Origin: an uncultured archaeon
GTDB lineage: Archaea > Asgardarchaeota > Lokiarchaeia > Sigyniarchaeales > SOKP01
NCBI GenBank assembly: GCA_964508365.1
Contig: CAZDTP010000047.1
Coordinates: 1-28,387 of the forward strand
Reading direction: 5' to 3'
Length of the DNA: 28,387 bases
Positions 17,286-27,487 of the stretch are shown here, piece by piece (within the stretch, counting starts at the first letter, position 1; every line of letters starts with the position of its first letter). The translations under genes and the position numbers were made by a program. The notes beneath the pieces are model-generated. The model saw only the letters and a program-made list of their open reading frames with translations, did no database searches and had not been told where the DNA came from.

Positions 17286-17993
17286 TTACAATTTTACTCC
17301 GATAAACAAACCTCTATCTTTCATCAATCCGTCTTTTAGAAATTCTGATTTAAAATTAGCCTTTTCCATAAATTCAAGAGTTCTGTCATGCTCAAACAAG
17401 CCTAATTCATGTATATCCACAAAATGCTTGATATCTTCATTTCTTTCAGCAATCAAGTAATACATCTCCATTATCGATAAGTCTCCTTCTACTTTTGTAG
17501 TATTAAGTCTAGCAATTTTAACATCTTCTCCATCGTAAGTAGTCATACCGGGTTTTCCAACCCAGAAAGTGGATTTAGTAAACCATGGTTCTACTACTAA
17601 GACTCCGCCTTTTTTCAAATGATTTGAAAAGTTCACTATTGTTTTCTCTAAGTTAGAATACGTTTTTACATATCCTATTGAGCTAAATAAGCATAAAATT
17701 ACATCAAATTCGGTTTTCAGATGAAATTTTATCATATCACCTTGTTCGAAGATCACATCCGAAACTTTACTCTTAGCAACTTCTACCATTTCGTTGTTAA
17801 TATCAATCCCCGTACAAGAAAAATCATCTTTAAAATATTTTAGATGTATACCTGTCCCACATCCTACATCGAGTAGGTTATTTCCATCAGACTTTTTATA
17901 TTTCTTAATTATTTCTTTAAGAGTTTTAGATTCTATCTTATAATCCTTCCAATGATAAATTAAGTCGTAATATTTAGCCAATTCTTTATACAT
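17286..17993 (-). CDS. class I SAM-dependent methyltransferase (TylM1/DesVI-like family)
   Basis: YYDLIY..KDY, LLDVGCGTGIH, QGDM, FDVILCLFSSIGY, LKKGGVLVVEPW and HFVDIHELGLF. Confidence 0.85.
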   Translation of the reverse strand: MYKELAKYYDLIYHWKDYKIESKTLKEIIKKYKKSDGNNLLDVGCGTGIHLKYFKDDFSCTGIDINNEMVEVAKSKVSDVIFEQGDMIKFHLKTEFDVILCLFSSIGYVKTYSNLEKTIVNFSNHLKKGGVLVVEPWFTKSTFWVGKPGMTTYDGEDVKIARLNTTKVEGDLSIMEMYYLIAERNEDIKHFVDIHELGLFEHDRTLEFMEKANFKSEFLKDGLMKDRGLFIGVKL

Positions 17994-18021
17994 AATTAAT
18001 ATCCCCGTAAGTTTTTTTTAT

Positions 18022-18849
18022 TTATTTCTTTAAGTTTAAAATAAATCTTGCTTCATAGGGAGAAGCGATGTCTCTACCTAGTTCTTTTGAAATCCTTACT
18101 ACTTTTTCTACTAGTTCACTATTGGACTTAGCTAATACACCCTTTGAAAGGTAGATGTTATCTTCAAAACCTACCCGTGCGTGCCCACCTAACGCTATTG
18201 ATATGCTAACCATAGGAAACTCATGTCTACCGATAGCGCAGACGGTAAATGTAGAACTTTTTGGAATACTATTTACCATAAAAATTAAATCCCGTGGTGT
18301 TGCGGCAATCCCACCGTTAACGCCTAAAACAAAATTGAAATGCATTGGTTCTTTAATATATCCTTTTTTATTAAGTCTTAACGCCATATCGACCATTCCT
18401 TTATCAAAACATTCAAGCTCTGGTTTAATTCCACGAGCATTCATTTCCTTTGCAAAATTTTTGATTGTATTTTCCGTGTTAATGAAAATTTCATCATCTC
18501 CAAAATTCATTGTTCCGCAATCAAGTGTAGCCATTTCCGGGTGTGGATTCATAAAAATGGGTTGTAATCTCTCTTTATTACTCATACCTATGGCACCTCC
18601 AGTCGATGGCTGTACAATGACATCGGGGCATCTTCTTTTAATCTCATCAACACATGCTTGAAATCTTTTCAAATCCTGAGTAGGTGTGCCGTCATCTTCT
18701 CTTACATGTAGATGAATAAGACTCGCACCAGCTAAAAACGCTTTTTCTGCTTCAATGCCGATTTCTCTTACAGTATAAGGTACATTCGGATTATGCTCTT
18801 TTGTTACTTCAGCACCACATATTGCAGCTGTTATAATTAATTTCTCCAT
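18022..18849 (-). CDS. kce: 3-keto-5-aminohexanoate cleavage enzyme
   Basis: KLIITAAICGAEVTKEHNPNVPYT, GASLIHLHVR, STGGA, MATLDCGTMNFG, KPELECFD and GGHARVGFEDNIY. Confidence 0.95.
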   Translation of the reverse strand: MEKLIITAAICGAEVTKEHNPNVPYTVREIGIEAEKAFLAGASLIHLHVREDDGTPTQDLKRFQACVDEIKRRCPDVIVQPSTGGAIGMSNKERLQPIFMNPHPEMATLDCGTMNFGDDEIFINTENTIKNFAKEMNARGIKPELECFDKGMVDMALRLNKKGYIKEPMHFNFVLGVNGGIAATPRDLIFMVNSIPKSSTFTVCAIGRHEFPMVSISIALGGHARVGFEDNIYLSKGVLAKSNSELVEKVVRISKELGRDIASPYEARFILNLKK

Positions 18850-18939
18850 TATTAACTCCCCTTAAATAAAATTAAAATTTCAAATTTGGTAAATAAACCT
18901 ATTTACAAGGTTGTAGAATTATAATAATTTTAAATTTTT

Positions 18940-19293
18940 TTAAGTTATATCAGATCTTATTCTAATTTGGTTAGTTTCAATTATAATTATTTTCCCCACC
19001 GTTTCTTCTAAACTATAACTTTTTAAGAATTTTTCAAATAATTCTTTTACAGCATTCTTACCCTGTTTCTTAGACCTCATTATAATTAAACCATAAAATT
19101 TTTCGCTGGAGTTTATAAAATCTGAGTTTAATGTAATCAGTATTCGTTTTTCTTCAAAACATTTTTTATTTAAACTCTTATCATCTATACCTACAATATT
19201 CTCATGAAAAACAGATTCCACTTCATGTTGTCCAATACTCTCAATTAAATTTTTTAAAATCCAAGGCACATTTTCATCTAATTTGAATTTCAC
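18940..19293 (-). CDS. DUF5615 PIN-like (VapC45-type) toxin
   Basis: KFKLDENVP, GIDD, RILITLNSDF and GLIIMR; GTG start 4 nt after the DUF433 stop. Confidence 0.8.
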   Translation of the reverse strand: MKFKLDENVPWILKNLIESIGQHEVESVFHENIVGIDDKSLNKKCFEEKRILITLNSDFINSSEKFYGLIIMRSKKQGKNAVKELFEKFLKSYSLEETVGKIIIIETNQIRIRSDIT

Positions 19294-19297
19294 TTTT

Positions 19298-19588
<291 letters not shown>

Positions 19589-19678
19589 TCATGAAATTTT
19601 TAGAAAAAAGCTTAATAAAAATTAAATTTTTGTATAAACTTTTAACACTCTTTTAGAGATTTTTCCATATACATCATA

Positions 19679-20062
19679 TTACTTTTTTCTTTGTTTCTCT
19701 CTTGGAACAACACAAGTTCCACTTGCTTTGCATACTACAATAGGTTCATTTAAGAAATCGGCCGCAGAATCATTTATATCTGGTTTTAATGTAATAACCT
19801 TTCTTGCCTCAAAAATCATCTTTCTTGAAGTGTTACTTATTTCAAGAATTTTTCCTTCAGCTTCAATATAATCGCCAGCATAAACGGGAGCTAAAAATTC
19901 AATGCTGTCATAAGCCCGAAATAAACCCTCATCTCCATCGTTTTTAATTAATAACTCAGTAGCAACATCCCCAAATAATTCTAATATTTTAGCTCCATCA
20001 ACTAAATTTCCACCATAATGAGCATCGCTTAAATTCATCCTTACTCTAATTAATGATTTCAT
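19679..20062 (-). CDS. kal: 3-aminobutyryl-CoA ammonia-lyase
   Basis: [70 protein letters not shown]. The start could be ATG 20062 or TTG 20068. Confidence 0.93.
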   Translation of the reverse strand: MKSLIRVRMNLSDAHYGGNLVDGAKILELFGDVATELLIKNDGDEGLFRAYDSIEFLAPVYAGDYIEAEGKILEISNTSRKMIFEARKVITLKPDINDSAADFLNEPIVVCKASGTCVVPREKQRKK

Positions 20063-20358
20063 ACCCAATCATTCCGTTTTTTTTTTTTCTTAAGACAAAA
20101 TTATAATCTAGTTTCAATATTATCTTATGAAATTAAAGATTTCTTTTATTTTGAGTGTTACAATAATCTTTAAAACTTGGTTGTTTTAATGAAAAATTGA
20201 TTTGAAAGACAAGCGTAATTTTTATTTTATTATCTAATAACATCTGATTAATTTGCTTTTTATTTAAAAAGAGGATATGAAATAAATTTATATTAAATAA
20301 AACAAGTTTTTTTCTATTCAAAATTATATTTGAAAGATAGAAAATTTATGAATAGGAG

Positions 20359-20541
20359 TTGAAAATAATACCAAAATTAAAATGTGACATTTGTGGAAAT
20401 GAAACTGATGTACCAGTATGTTGCGAACAATCTATGATGGTCAAAGACAATTATATGTTATGTTGTTGCCAATCGGAAGAGTGTGGTTATCGACCAATTC
20501 CAGAATGTTGTGGACAAAAAATGAATTATTTTGATACCTAA
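20359..20541 (+). CDS. 60-aa Cys-rich metal-binding microprotein with two desulforedoxin-like C..C..CC units
   Basis: 10 Cys: CDICGNETDVPVCCEQSM and CCCQSEECGYRPIPECCGQKM. The start codon is uncertain because GGAG directly abuts the TTG. Confidence 0.7.
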   Translation: MKIIPKLKCDICGNETDVPVCCEQSMMVKDNYMLCCCQSEECGYRPIPECCGQKMNYFDT

Positions 20542-20582
20542 AAAAAAATTCATATAAAGAAAGTTCTTTTTAGGAAAAGATA

Positions 20583-23500
20583 TTATTCTCTCAAAATTTC
20601 ATCATGTAATTTTTCTATAAATCCTTGAAAATCATCCTTGGTATATTGAATATTTAACAATTGCCATAATAAATACGGAATATGGTCTTCTTTATCATAA
20701 ACGGGTATTATTTTCAATAAATCCTTTTTCCTCATTTGAAATGCGGATTGCCATTCATCTTTTACAGCAGGCGATTTCATCGAATTATCACTACAAAATA
20801 AGACAAAAACATCACTTTTTGCTAGAGTAGTTTCCATGAATTCCACGATATTTTGACTACTATCTTTCTCCCAAATTAAAACTTTCTCAATATCGGAATA
20901 TTTTTCTAAATCTTTTACAATTTTGGGTATTTGAAAATAATTTGAATCCAATGTAGAGTAGCTTAAAAATACTGTAAACTTCCCTTTTTCTTTTGTTTTG
21001 ATTAGTGATGCAACTGCAGTCGTAGCTATAGGCGTGATCACCGGTGTAACTACACTTTCTGGCTCAACCTGATAGCCAGGTTCTGTCTGTATTTTATTAC
21101 AGAGAGTAATTCTTTCGTTAGCTCTATTAAAAATATCATTAAAATCAGATGCATCTGCCTCTTTTCTAATTTTTTCTAAATTTTTTAACGCTATATCTAT
21201 TTTATTTTCTTTGATCAAATGATCAACAGATGACATTTTTTTTTGAAGTTTATTTCTAATTGTTGCTTCTTCCTTATCCATTTTTCTTTTTAATTTAGTT
21301 CCTGTACGCTGAGATAATTTTTTCTTTACAACCATCCCTACAGTTATAGAAGTTACAGCAGCTATCGCAATAATGCTTATAATTATTAATAAGTCAAAAG
21401 GAAAAGGACTTTCACCATCAGGTATATCATTTTGATCAAAAATATTACTAGAACCTTCCGTTTCGTCATAGGCTACATCGTTTCCCACAAAAATATTAAA
21501 AGTTATTTGATTTCCACTAGAACTATAAAAATAAATCCCATATTGGCAATTGCTAATATAATTTCCTGAAATAGTATTATAAAAACTTGAATTTAATAAA
21601 ATTCCATATTTCCCATTGTTTTTAATTGTCTGTCTGTTATCTATAATTGAATTATTATTGCTATAATATAATAAGATCCCTCCTACACTGTTATCATTTA
21701 TAGTACTTTCTGTAATGGTATTATTTAAACAATCTATTAAGATTAATCCAAAATTATTATTACTAGAGCTGTTAATATTATACAAGAGACAATTACTGAC
21801 GTTATTTAATTTAATCCCAGCTTCAAAATCTCCGCTCCCGGAATAGCTCATAACGCTATTTCTTATTATGAAGGGCACATTGGAATTTCTTATCTCAATA
21901 CAACTACCGGAATTTTCCCCGTTAATTATTACATAATCGATAATATATGGATTATTCCAAGTACCTGAACCACCACACCATCCTTGAAGAGCAGCTTGAG
22001 CCCATGTATAATCTCCTAAACATGTATCATCAATAATAAAGGGATTTAACTGCCAATACGCTAATAATTTTTGAACTGAAACACTACTAAATCCTAAATT
22101 TCCTGCTGAATCATTAGCATAAAATCTAATAATTATAGTATCACTTCCTTTTTTATCCCATTCACTCTGGTCGATACTTCCTGAAAATCCAATAAATGGT
22201 ATGTTCGTGATTCCGCCATCAATTGTATACCACATAGAGTCTAAATTTGCCTCGAATATGTTAAGAGAAAAAGCGGGAGCAAAATTCGCGAAAGATTCCG
22301 AGCTCGCTGGAGAATAAATAGTAATCTGTGGAACTTCAACATCTTTAATAACAATAACTCCTTCAGATCCTAAATTTCCTGCTGTATCATTAGCATAAAA
22401 TCTAATAATTATAATACCACTTCCTTTTTTATCCCATTCACTCTGGTTGATACTTCCTGAAAATCCAATAAATGTTATATTAGTCAATCCATCATTTATT
22501 GTATACCACATAGTGTCTAAATTTGCCTCGAGTATGTTGAGATTAAAAGCGGGAGCAGAATACGCGAAAAAGTCCGAGCTTGTTGGAGAATTAATAGTAA
22601 TTTGTGGAACTTCAATATCTTTATTAACAATAAGTTCATCAGATCCTAAATTTCCTGTTGTATCATTTATGTAGAATATAATTTTAACGGTACCATTTGG
22701 TCTTAAATCCCAAGCTGATTGATTTATTGTACCATTGGTTATAAAGGTTATATTAGTCAATCCATCATCAATTGTATACCAAGTACAATCTTTATCTGCA
22801 CCGAATATGGATACATTATAGCTTGGAGAGATATAGCCAAAAACTTGGTTACTGTAGGGGGAATTAATTATAATTTGTGGAGCTTCAATATCTTTATTAA
22901 TAATAACTTCATCAGATCCTAAATTTCCGGTTGTATCATTTACGTAGAATATAATTTTAACGGTACCATTTGGTCTTAAATCCCAAGCTGATTGATTTAT
23001 TGTACCCAAAAATCCAGTAAAGGTTATATTAGTCAATCCATCATCTATTGTATACCAAGTAGAATTTTTATCTGCTCCGAATATGGATACATTATAGCTT
23101 GGAGAGAGATAGCCAAAAACTTGGTCACTGTAGGGGAAATTAATTGTAATTATAGGAATATCATCTCCATCTTCCCAAATTGGAAAGTTATCTTGAGAAC
23201 CCGCAGTTCCACTTATTAAATAAGGAGTATCTCCAATTCCATCATCATTAGCATCCGCGCCACCATAATCATCCCAAATATTACCAATAATTCCATTATC
23301 CCATTGATTATTTGTGCCATTATCTTGGGCATTAATATTGTTATTTATAAAGCTATTGTTAAAAATTAGCGTATTATTAAAGTTTATTAGATTAATTCCG
23401 TATTCTATATTATTACTTATAACATTAGCAGTAATATTGACATTGCTATTACTATAACCTAAATAAATTCCGTAGTTATTATTTGTACAATTATTATTAA

Positions 23501-25628
23501 TTAGTAAAGAATTACTAACATTTCTGAATTCGATCCCTCCCTGGGTGGAATTATAAAAAGTACAATTTTCTATTCTGAAAAAAACATCAGAATCTTCTAT
23601 TCGAATGCAGCTAACAGATTTATTGCGACCATCTATTACTAAATCTTTTAGTACATATGGATCGAAATATGTTCCGTTCCCTGTACACCTGCTTGAGTTT
23701 TTAAGATATATCCATTCTTGATTTCCTTCAATATATATATTATGTGGAGCTATTGAACTATTTTGATAAACTTTATGAAAATTTAATTGTCCCATCGCAT
23801 TTGACTGGAATCCAAGAATATGGTTTTGATAAGCGTCGTAATTTTTTTCAACATAACCAAAGGCCAAAGGTACGTCTCTCTCAACAATGAGTTGTTGAAT
23901 CTTATCATATAATGATTCTCTGACAGCAGGATCGGTTTCAAACAGAGCTTGTTCCATTAATAGTTGCACATCTTCATTTTGATCATAAATAAGAGGTCCG
24001 TATGGTTGAAATGGCCCATCTGGTCCATATCCTCCGTTAAATTTAACACCATTAGAAGCTATTGTTCTATTGGTAAATAAGGGATTAATGAAAGTGTTTG
24101 GATCATTATAATCGGGTATCCATCCATTCCAATAGAGTTGTAACATGTTTCTATGAAAGCCTGACATATCATAGAGTCTATAGAAAAAATCCATCCAAGT
24201 CATACCTGCATCTGTTACATTAATTCCTATTAAGTCAAGGTTATTTTGTAAAAGCAGAAATATTTTTTCACGGAATGTGTTGCCAATGTTGTATGTATAG
24301 TTAAATGTTGCAAAAGTTGCGGTTTGCCATTGAGATTCATTAACTCCAGGGAAAGTGGGGTCCCATGTTGTGCCAAAGCCCATGCTTTGCATAATCATTC
24401 TAGCATGAGAGACATTGTAAGTTGCTACATTAAACGACCAATTAGCATACCTTATACCTTCTGGAACAGGTGATTTTAATCTTACTGCTTCCCCTCCTAA
24501 AAGTTCCTCGATAATGTAAGAATAATTAATGGCATAGGAAATTGCCTTCCTAAAACTTACATTAATCCAATGATTATTCATTCCCATATATCGAATGTAT
24601 GGGTCTTGTCCGGCGTTGAATAATGTAATATCGGGGTCTGTATCAAATGTGGGGTACATTGAACTCATAGGATCAGTAATAATATCCACTTCTCCAGATA
24701 ATAATGCGTCGTTTCTTTCCTGCGCATTTTGAATGATTGAAAATTTTAGAATTGTAATATTTGGCTTTCCAGCCCAGTAATTTTCAAATGCATGAAATTT
24801 TACCTCATCATTAGGAATGTAGTGGTCGTAAACAAATGGACCAGTACCAACTAAATCTCCAGTTAGTGTATCAATAACCCCAGTTGCATTCGTGGATGTA
24901 GGAGATAAAATATAGGACCCAGGGAAGCATAATAATGCTTCAAATGGTCCATAGGGCTTATTTAAAACAAACTTAATCGTATATTCATCTTCGATTTCAG
25001 TGTGGTTAATAATAGGGGGATACGAGCTAGTATCAAGGTCATAATATTCATAAACCGAACTAGCCTGCGCTAAGCCATTTACCATGAAATATGCTAATCT
25101 ATTGAAAGTAAAATTAACTGCTGTTGCATTAAATTTGGTTCCATCGTGAAACTTCACCCCCTGTCTAAGAGGAACAGTATAATTCTCTCCATTCCATGTG
25201 CCATTGTCACTAGCTAATTTTGGTATAACTGCAAGGTCTGGATCACTCAAATTATATCCAAATAAACCTTCACAAACTTGGTCGATTACATTAAATGAGG
25301 CACTATCCCAGCTATCTTGCGGATCAAGATCATATGGCCCCAACATAGTTCCATAAATGAGTTTAAATATATCATCTTCTTGATTGCTTAATTTAAGATG
25401 CTCATCAATAAGGATTAACCTTTCTTCAGCTTGTTCATTAATAATTTGTGTAGAATTAATTATCGTAGATGATAAAAAAAATAAGAAGAGAAGCGACAAT
25501 GTTAAAATTCTTTTATAGAATAAACTTAAACGTACATTATTTGAATGGAAATAACCTTTTAATTTTCTCTTACTATTTCCTCTAATTTCAATCATACTCT
25601 TTATTAATTTTTCCCTCAAATAACACAA
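20583..25628 (-). CDS. large receptor-like surface protein: signal/TM, family-5 solute-binding domain, NosD-like beta-helix, 4 Ig-like repeats, beta-helix, TM, coiled linker, TIR domain
   Basis: SBP motifs LDPQDSWD, LRQGVKFHDGTKFNATAV, GTGPF, RKAISYAIN and DPAVRESLYDKIQ; Asn-rich beta-helix with GNIWDDYGGADANDDGIGDTPY; TM LLIIISIIAIAAVTSITVGMVV; TIR VFLSYS...SDVFVLFCSDNSMKSPAVKDEW...IIPV. The true start may be ATG 25595. Confidence 0.85.
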   Translation of the reverse strand: MCYLREKLIKSMIEIRGNSKRKLKGYFHSNNVRLSLFYKRILTLSLLFLFFLSSTIINSTQIINEQAEERLILIDEHLKLSNQEDDIFKLIYGTMLGPYDLDPQDSWDSASFNVIDQVCEGLFGYNLSDPDLAVIPKLASDNGTWNGENYTVPLRQGVKFHDGTKFNATAVNFTFNRLAYFMVNGLAQASSVYEYYDLDTSSYPPIINHTEIEDEYTIKFVLNKPYGPFEALLCFPGSYILSPTSTNATGVIDTLTGDLVGTGPFVYDHYIPNDEVKFHAFENYWAGKPNITILKFSIIQNAQERNDALLSGEVDIITDPMSSMYPTFDTDPDITLFNAGQDPYIRYMGMNNHWINVSFRKAISYAINYSYIIEELLGGEAVRLKSPVPEGIRYANWSFNVATYNVSHARMIMQSMGFGTTWDPTFPGVNESQWQTATFATFNYTYNIGNTFREKIFLLLQNNLDLIGINVTDAGMTWMDFFYRLYDMSGFHRNMLQLYWNGWIPDYNDPNTFINPLFTNRTIASNGVKFNGGYGPDGPFQPYGPLIYDQNEDVQLLMEQALFETDPAVRESLYDKIQQLIVERDVPLAFGYVEKNYDAYQNHILGFQSNAMGQLNFHKVYQNSSIAPHNIYIEGNQEWIYLKNSSRCTGNGTYFDPYVLKDLVIDGRNKSVSCIRIEDSDVFFRIENCTFYNSTQGGIEFRNVSNSLLINNNCTNNNYGIYLGYSNSNVNITANVISNNIEYGINLINFNNTLIFNNSFINNNINAQDNGTNNQWDNGIIGNIWDDYGGADANDDGIGDTPYLISGTAGSQDNFPIWEDGDDIPIITINFPYSDQVFGYLSPSYNVSIFGADKNSTWYTIDDGLTNITFTGFLGTINQSAWDLRPNGTVKIIFYVNDTTGNLGSDEVIINKDIEAPQIIINSPYSNQVFGYISPSYNVSIFGADKDCTWYTIDDGLTNITFITNGTINQSAWDLRPNGTVKIIFYINDTTGNLGSDELIVNKDIEVPQITINSPTSSDFFAYSAPAFNLNILEANLDTMWYTINDGLTNITFIGFSGSINQSEWDKKGSGIIIIRFYANDTAGNLGSEGVIVIKDVEVPQITIYSPASSESFANFAPAFSLNIFEANLDSMWYTIDGGITNIPFIGFSGSIDQSEWDKKGSDTIIIRFYANDSAGNLGFSSVSVQKLLAYWQLNPFIIDDTCLGDYTWAQAALQGWCGGSGTWNNPYIIDYVIINGENSGSCIEIRNSNVPFIIRNSVMSYSGSGDFEAGIKLNNVSNCLLYNINSSSNNNFGLILIDCLNNTITESTINDNSVGGILLYYSNNNSIIDNRQTIKNNGKYGILLNSSFYNTISGNYISNCQYGIYFYSSSGNQITFNIFVGNDVAYDETEGSSNIFDQNDIPDGESPFPFDLLIIISIIAIAAVTSITVGMVVKKKLSQRTGTKLKRKMDKEEATIRNKLQKKMSSVDHLIKENKIDIALKNLEKIRKEADASDFNDIFNRANERITLCNKIQTEPGYQVEPESVVTPVITPIATTAVASLIKTKEKGKFTVFLSYSTLDSNYFQIPKIVKDLEKYSDIEKVLIWEKDSSQNIVEFMETTLAKSDVFVLFCSDNSMKSPAVKDEWQSAFQMRKKDLLKIIPVYDKEDHIPYLLWQLLNIQYTKDDFQGFIEKLHDEILRE
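22070..23160 (-). repeat. four intragenic tandem repeats of about 273 bp encoding Ig-like domains, in an A-A-B-B pattern
   Basis: Units 1/2 share GTINQSAWDLRPNGTVKIIFY.NDTTGNLGSDE and units 3/4 share GFSGSI.QSEWDKKGS..IIIRFYAND.AGNLG. The similarity is also visible at DNA level. Confidence 0.9.
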
Positions 25629-25804
25629 ATTAGATAAATATATTACTTAAAAGCATAAGCAATAATGTATAACAGATTAATGATACAATAGATAATCATA
25701 TTAATAAGGATTTATTTTTTATCGATTCTAAAAAATGAATTGAACAGAAAAAATAAATCCGGAAAGTTATAGAAAATAGAAAAATTTTATAAAGTCATAA
25801 AATG

Positions 25805-27385
25805 CTACCAAACAAGATTGTATATAATTTCTTTATCTCTTTCAGCTTCTTTCTTCCCTAAAACTTTCCTTATTCGTAAATCATTAATTGCATCCTCGAG
25901 TTTACTATCTATATTTTTAATTTCCATTAGATTCCCTGTTTCTCCTCCGTTATCGACTAAATTTATCATCGCATTATCTTTATTCATTAGATTCCGTAAA
26001 TTACTTCTAAATGAGTCGGTCACTTTTGTTCGGTGAACCTTTCCATTTTCGATTAGTATAGGTAACACGGGAGCCCTTTCAGTAGTTCTACGCGTATTCG
26101 GATCTATAAAATAGAAAACGAACATGGGCACTCCTACCACAACATCTTTAGTTCTGATCTCGATAGAATAAGTATTGAAAAAGTCCTGTACGCTAGTCAT
26201 CTCTATATCCTTGATTTTATCGATATTATCTAGGCAAGATTGTTTTTCCTGTTTGATTCTTGCTATAGTATCTTCGGCGGAACTTAGATCACTGCTAAGC
26301 TCGCTATGTTTTTCTTGAATTCTACTTTCTATCTCAGATTTTTTTCTTTCAAGTTCTCTTATTCTCTGTTGCTTTGATCTTTCTAAATCACTTAATTCTC
26401 GTTGTACGTTCTTCTTTATTTGAGCAATTTCAGTTTCATTTCGACTAATAGTGTTTCCTAAATCATTGTACTTTATGTTCAAGTCTTTCAATGCTTCTTC
26501 TATTTCAAATAGGTCGTTTTTATTGATAGCGTTCTTCAGACGATCAACAGAATTTTTAATAGCAGTAATGTTGTTGTAAAGATCGCCAGTTTTATCACCA
26601 ATCTTATATTTTCCACTTTTAACTAATTCCTCTGGCGTAGCTTCTATTTTTCGAGCTTTTTCAGCCTCGAGTTCCTTTGTAATTTGAGCTAGTTGCTTTT
26701 CTTCTTCGCTGGTGTCAACTTTCTTTGTTCTTAATTTGTCTGTTTCTTGAGCCCCTTTCTGAATCCATCTATCACATAATTTTATAATAGTTTGGCCATG
26801 ATTATCTAAAAATTTAACATCCGCTTGCGAGATGAACTCAAATACCTCTGGGACAATTTTTGCTTGGTTAATGCTTTTTGGTATTGGTCCTCCTTCTAAA
26901 AGAAAATATTGTTCGTTAAATGAACTAACATCGTATTGATTCAAGAAAAAGTTCTTAAAATAATCAACTTCACTAGCACTAAAAAGAGCTTCTTGAATGA
27001 CCGTACCTCTCTTATAATTTTTTGGTTTTTTTAAGTAAGTAGCATTATACGATGCTAATGAATTCAAAAAAGAATCGGGATCTGCCCCTTGAATAAGATT
27101 GTCGGGATTGGGCGGTGTTTGGGAGAATTTCCCTACACTTAATTTTTCTTGTTTATTTAGTAAGTAACTACAAACACAGGCACGAGTATCACTTAAAGGA
27201 ATTAACCGAACGGGCCAAAAACATACTGCGATTCTATTTATTTTTCCTAATTTCTTAATTGTTTTTCCATAAATGTTTATACATTCATTTAATGCCATCG
27301 CCATCTCATCTAACAATGTAGCTTTTGAGCGAGCAGGAATAACATCCCCTACATTAATAAGATATGGAATAATTTTGTCTACCAT
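25805..27385 (-). CDS. uncharacterised protein with a long central coiled coil between globular N- and C-terminal segments
   Basis: 526-aa ORF with heptad-rich EEKQLAQITKELEAEK...KQQRIRELERKKSEIESRIQEK. No recognisable NTPase motif. Confidence 0.75.
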   Translation of the reverse strand: MVDKIIPYLINVGDVIPARSKATLLDEMAMALNECINIYGKTIKKLGKINRIAVCFWPVRLIPLSDTRACVCSYLLNKQEKLSVGKFSQTPPNPDNLIQGADPDSFLNSLASYNATYLKKPKNYKRGTVIQEALFSASEVDYFKNFFLNQYDVSSFNEQYFLLEGGPIPKSINQAKIVPEVFEFISQADVKFLDNHGQTIIKLCDRWIQKGAQETDKLRTKKVDTSEEEKQLAQITKELEAEKARKIEATPEELVKSGKYKIGDKTGDLYNNITAIKNSVDRLKNAINKNDLFEIEEALKDLNIKYNDLGNTISRNETEIAQIKKNVQRELSDLERSKQQRIRELERKKSEIESRIQEKHSELSSDLSSAEDTIARIKQEKQSCLDNIDKIKDIEMTSVQDFFNTYSIEIRTKDVVVGVPMFVFYFIDPNTRRTTERAPVLPILIENGKVHRTKVTDSFRSNLRNLMNKDNAMINLVDNGGETGNLMEIKNIDSKLEDAINDLRIRKVLGKKEAERDKEIIYNLVW

Positions 27386-27487
27386 TTTTTTATCACATGA
27401 TTTTTCTATATGAATTTTTATAAAGGTTTACATAAATAAGTTTTTGTTTCACCGTTTTTTATTAAAAATTTAAATTTAGAAAAAATT

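Noticed and set aside
20059-20100. Five consecutive Lys codons ([10 protein letters not shown]) whose TGA overlaps the kal ATG, a possible Lys-sensing leader
   Set aside because: An in-frame TAA (20103-20101) lies three codons upstream with no start codon in between. It is better explained as a 12-nt homopolymer.
20133-20321. 62-aa minus-strand ORF in the kal/microprotein intergenic region
   Set aside because: Low-complexity AT-rich sequence with no motif, probably spurious.
22070-23160. CRISPR-like or mobile-element repeats
   Set aside because: The repeats are in-frame protein-domain duplications with no spacers, cas genes or transposase.
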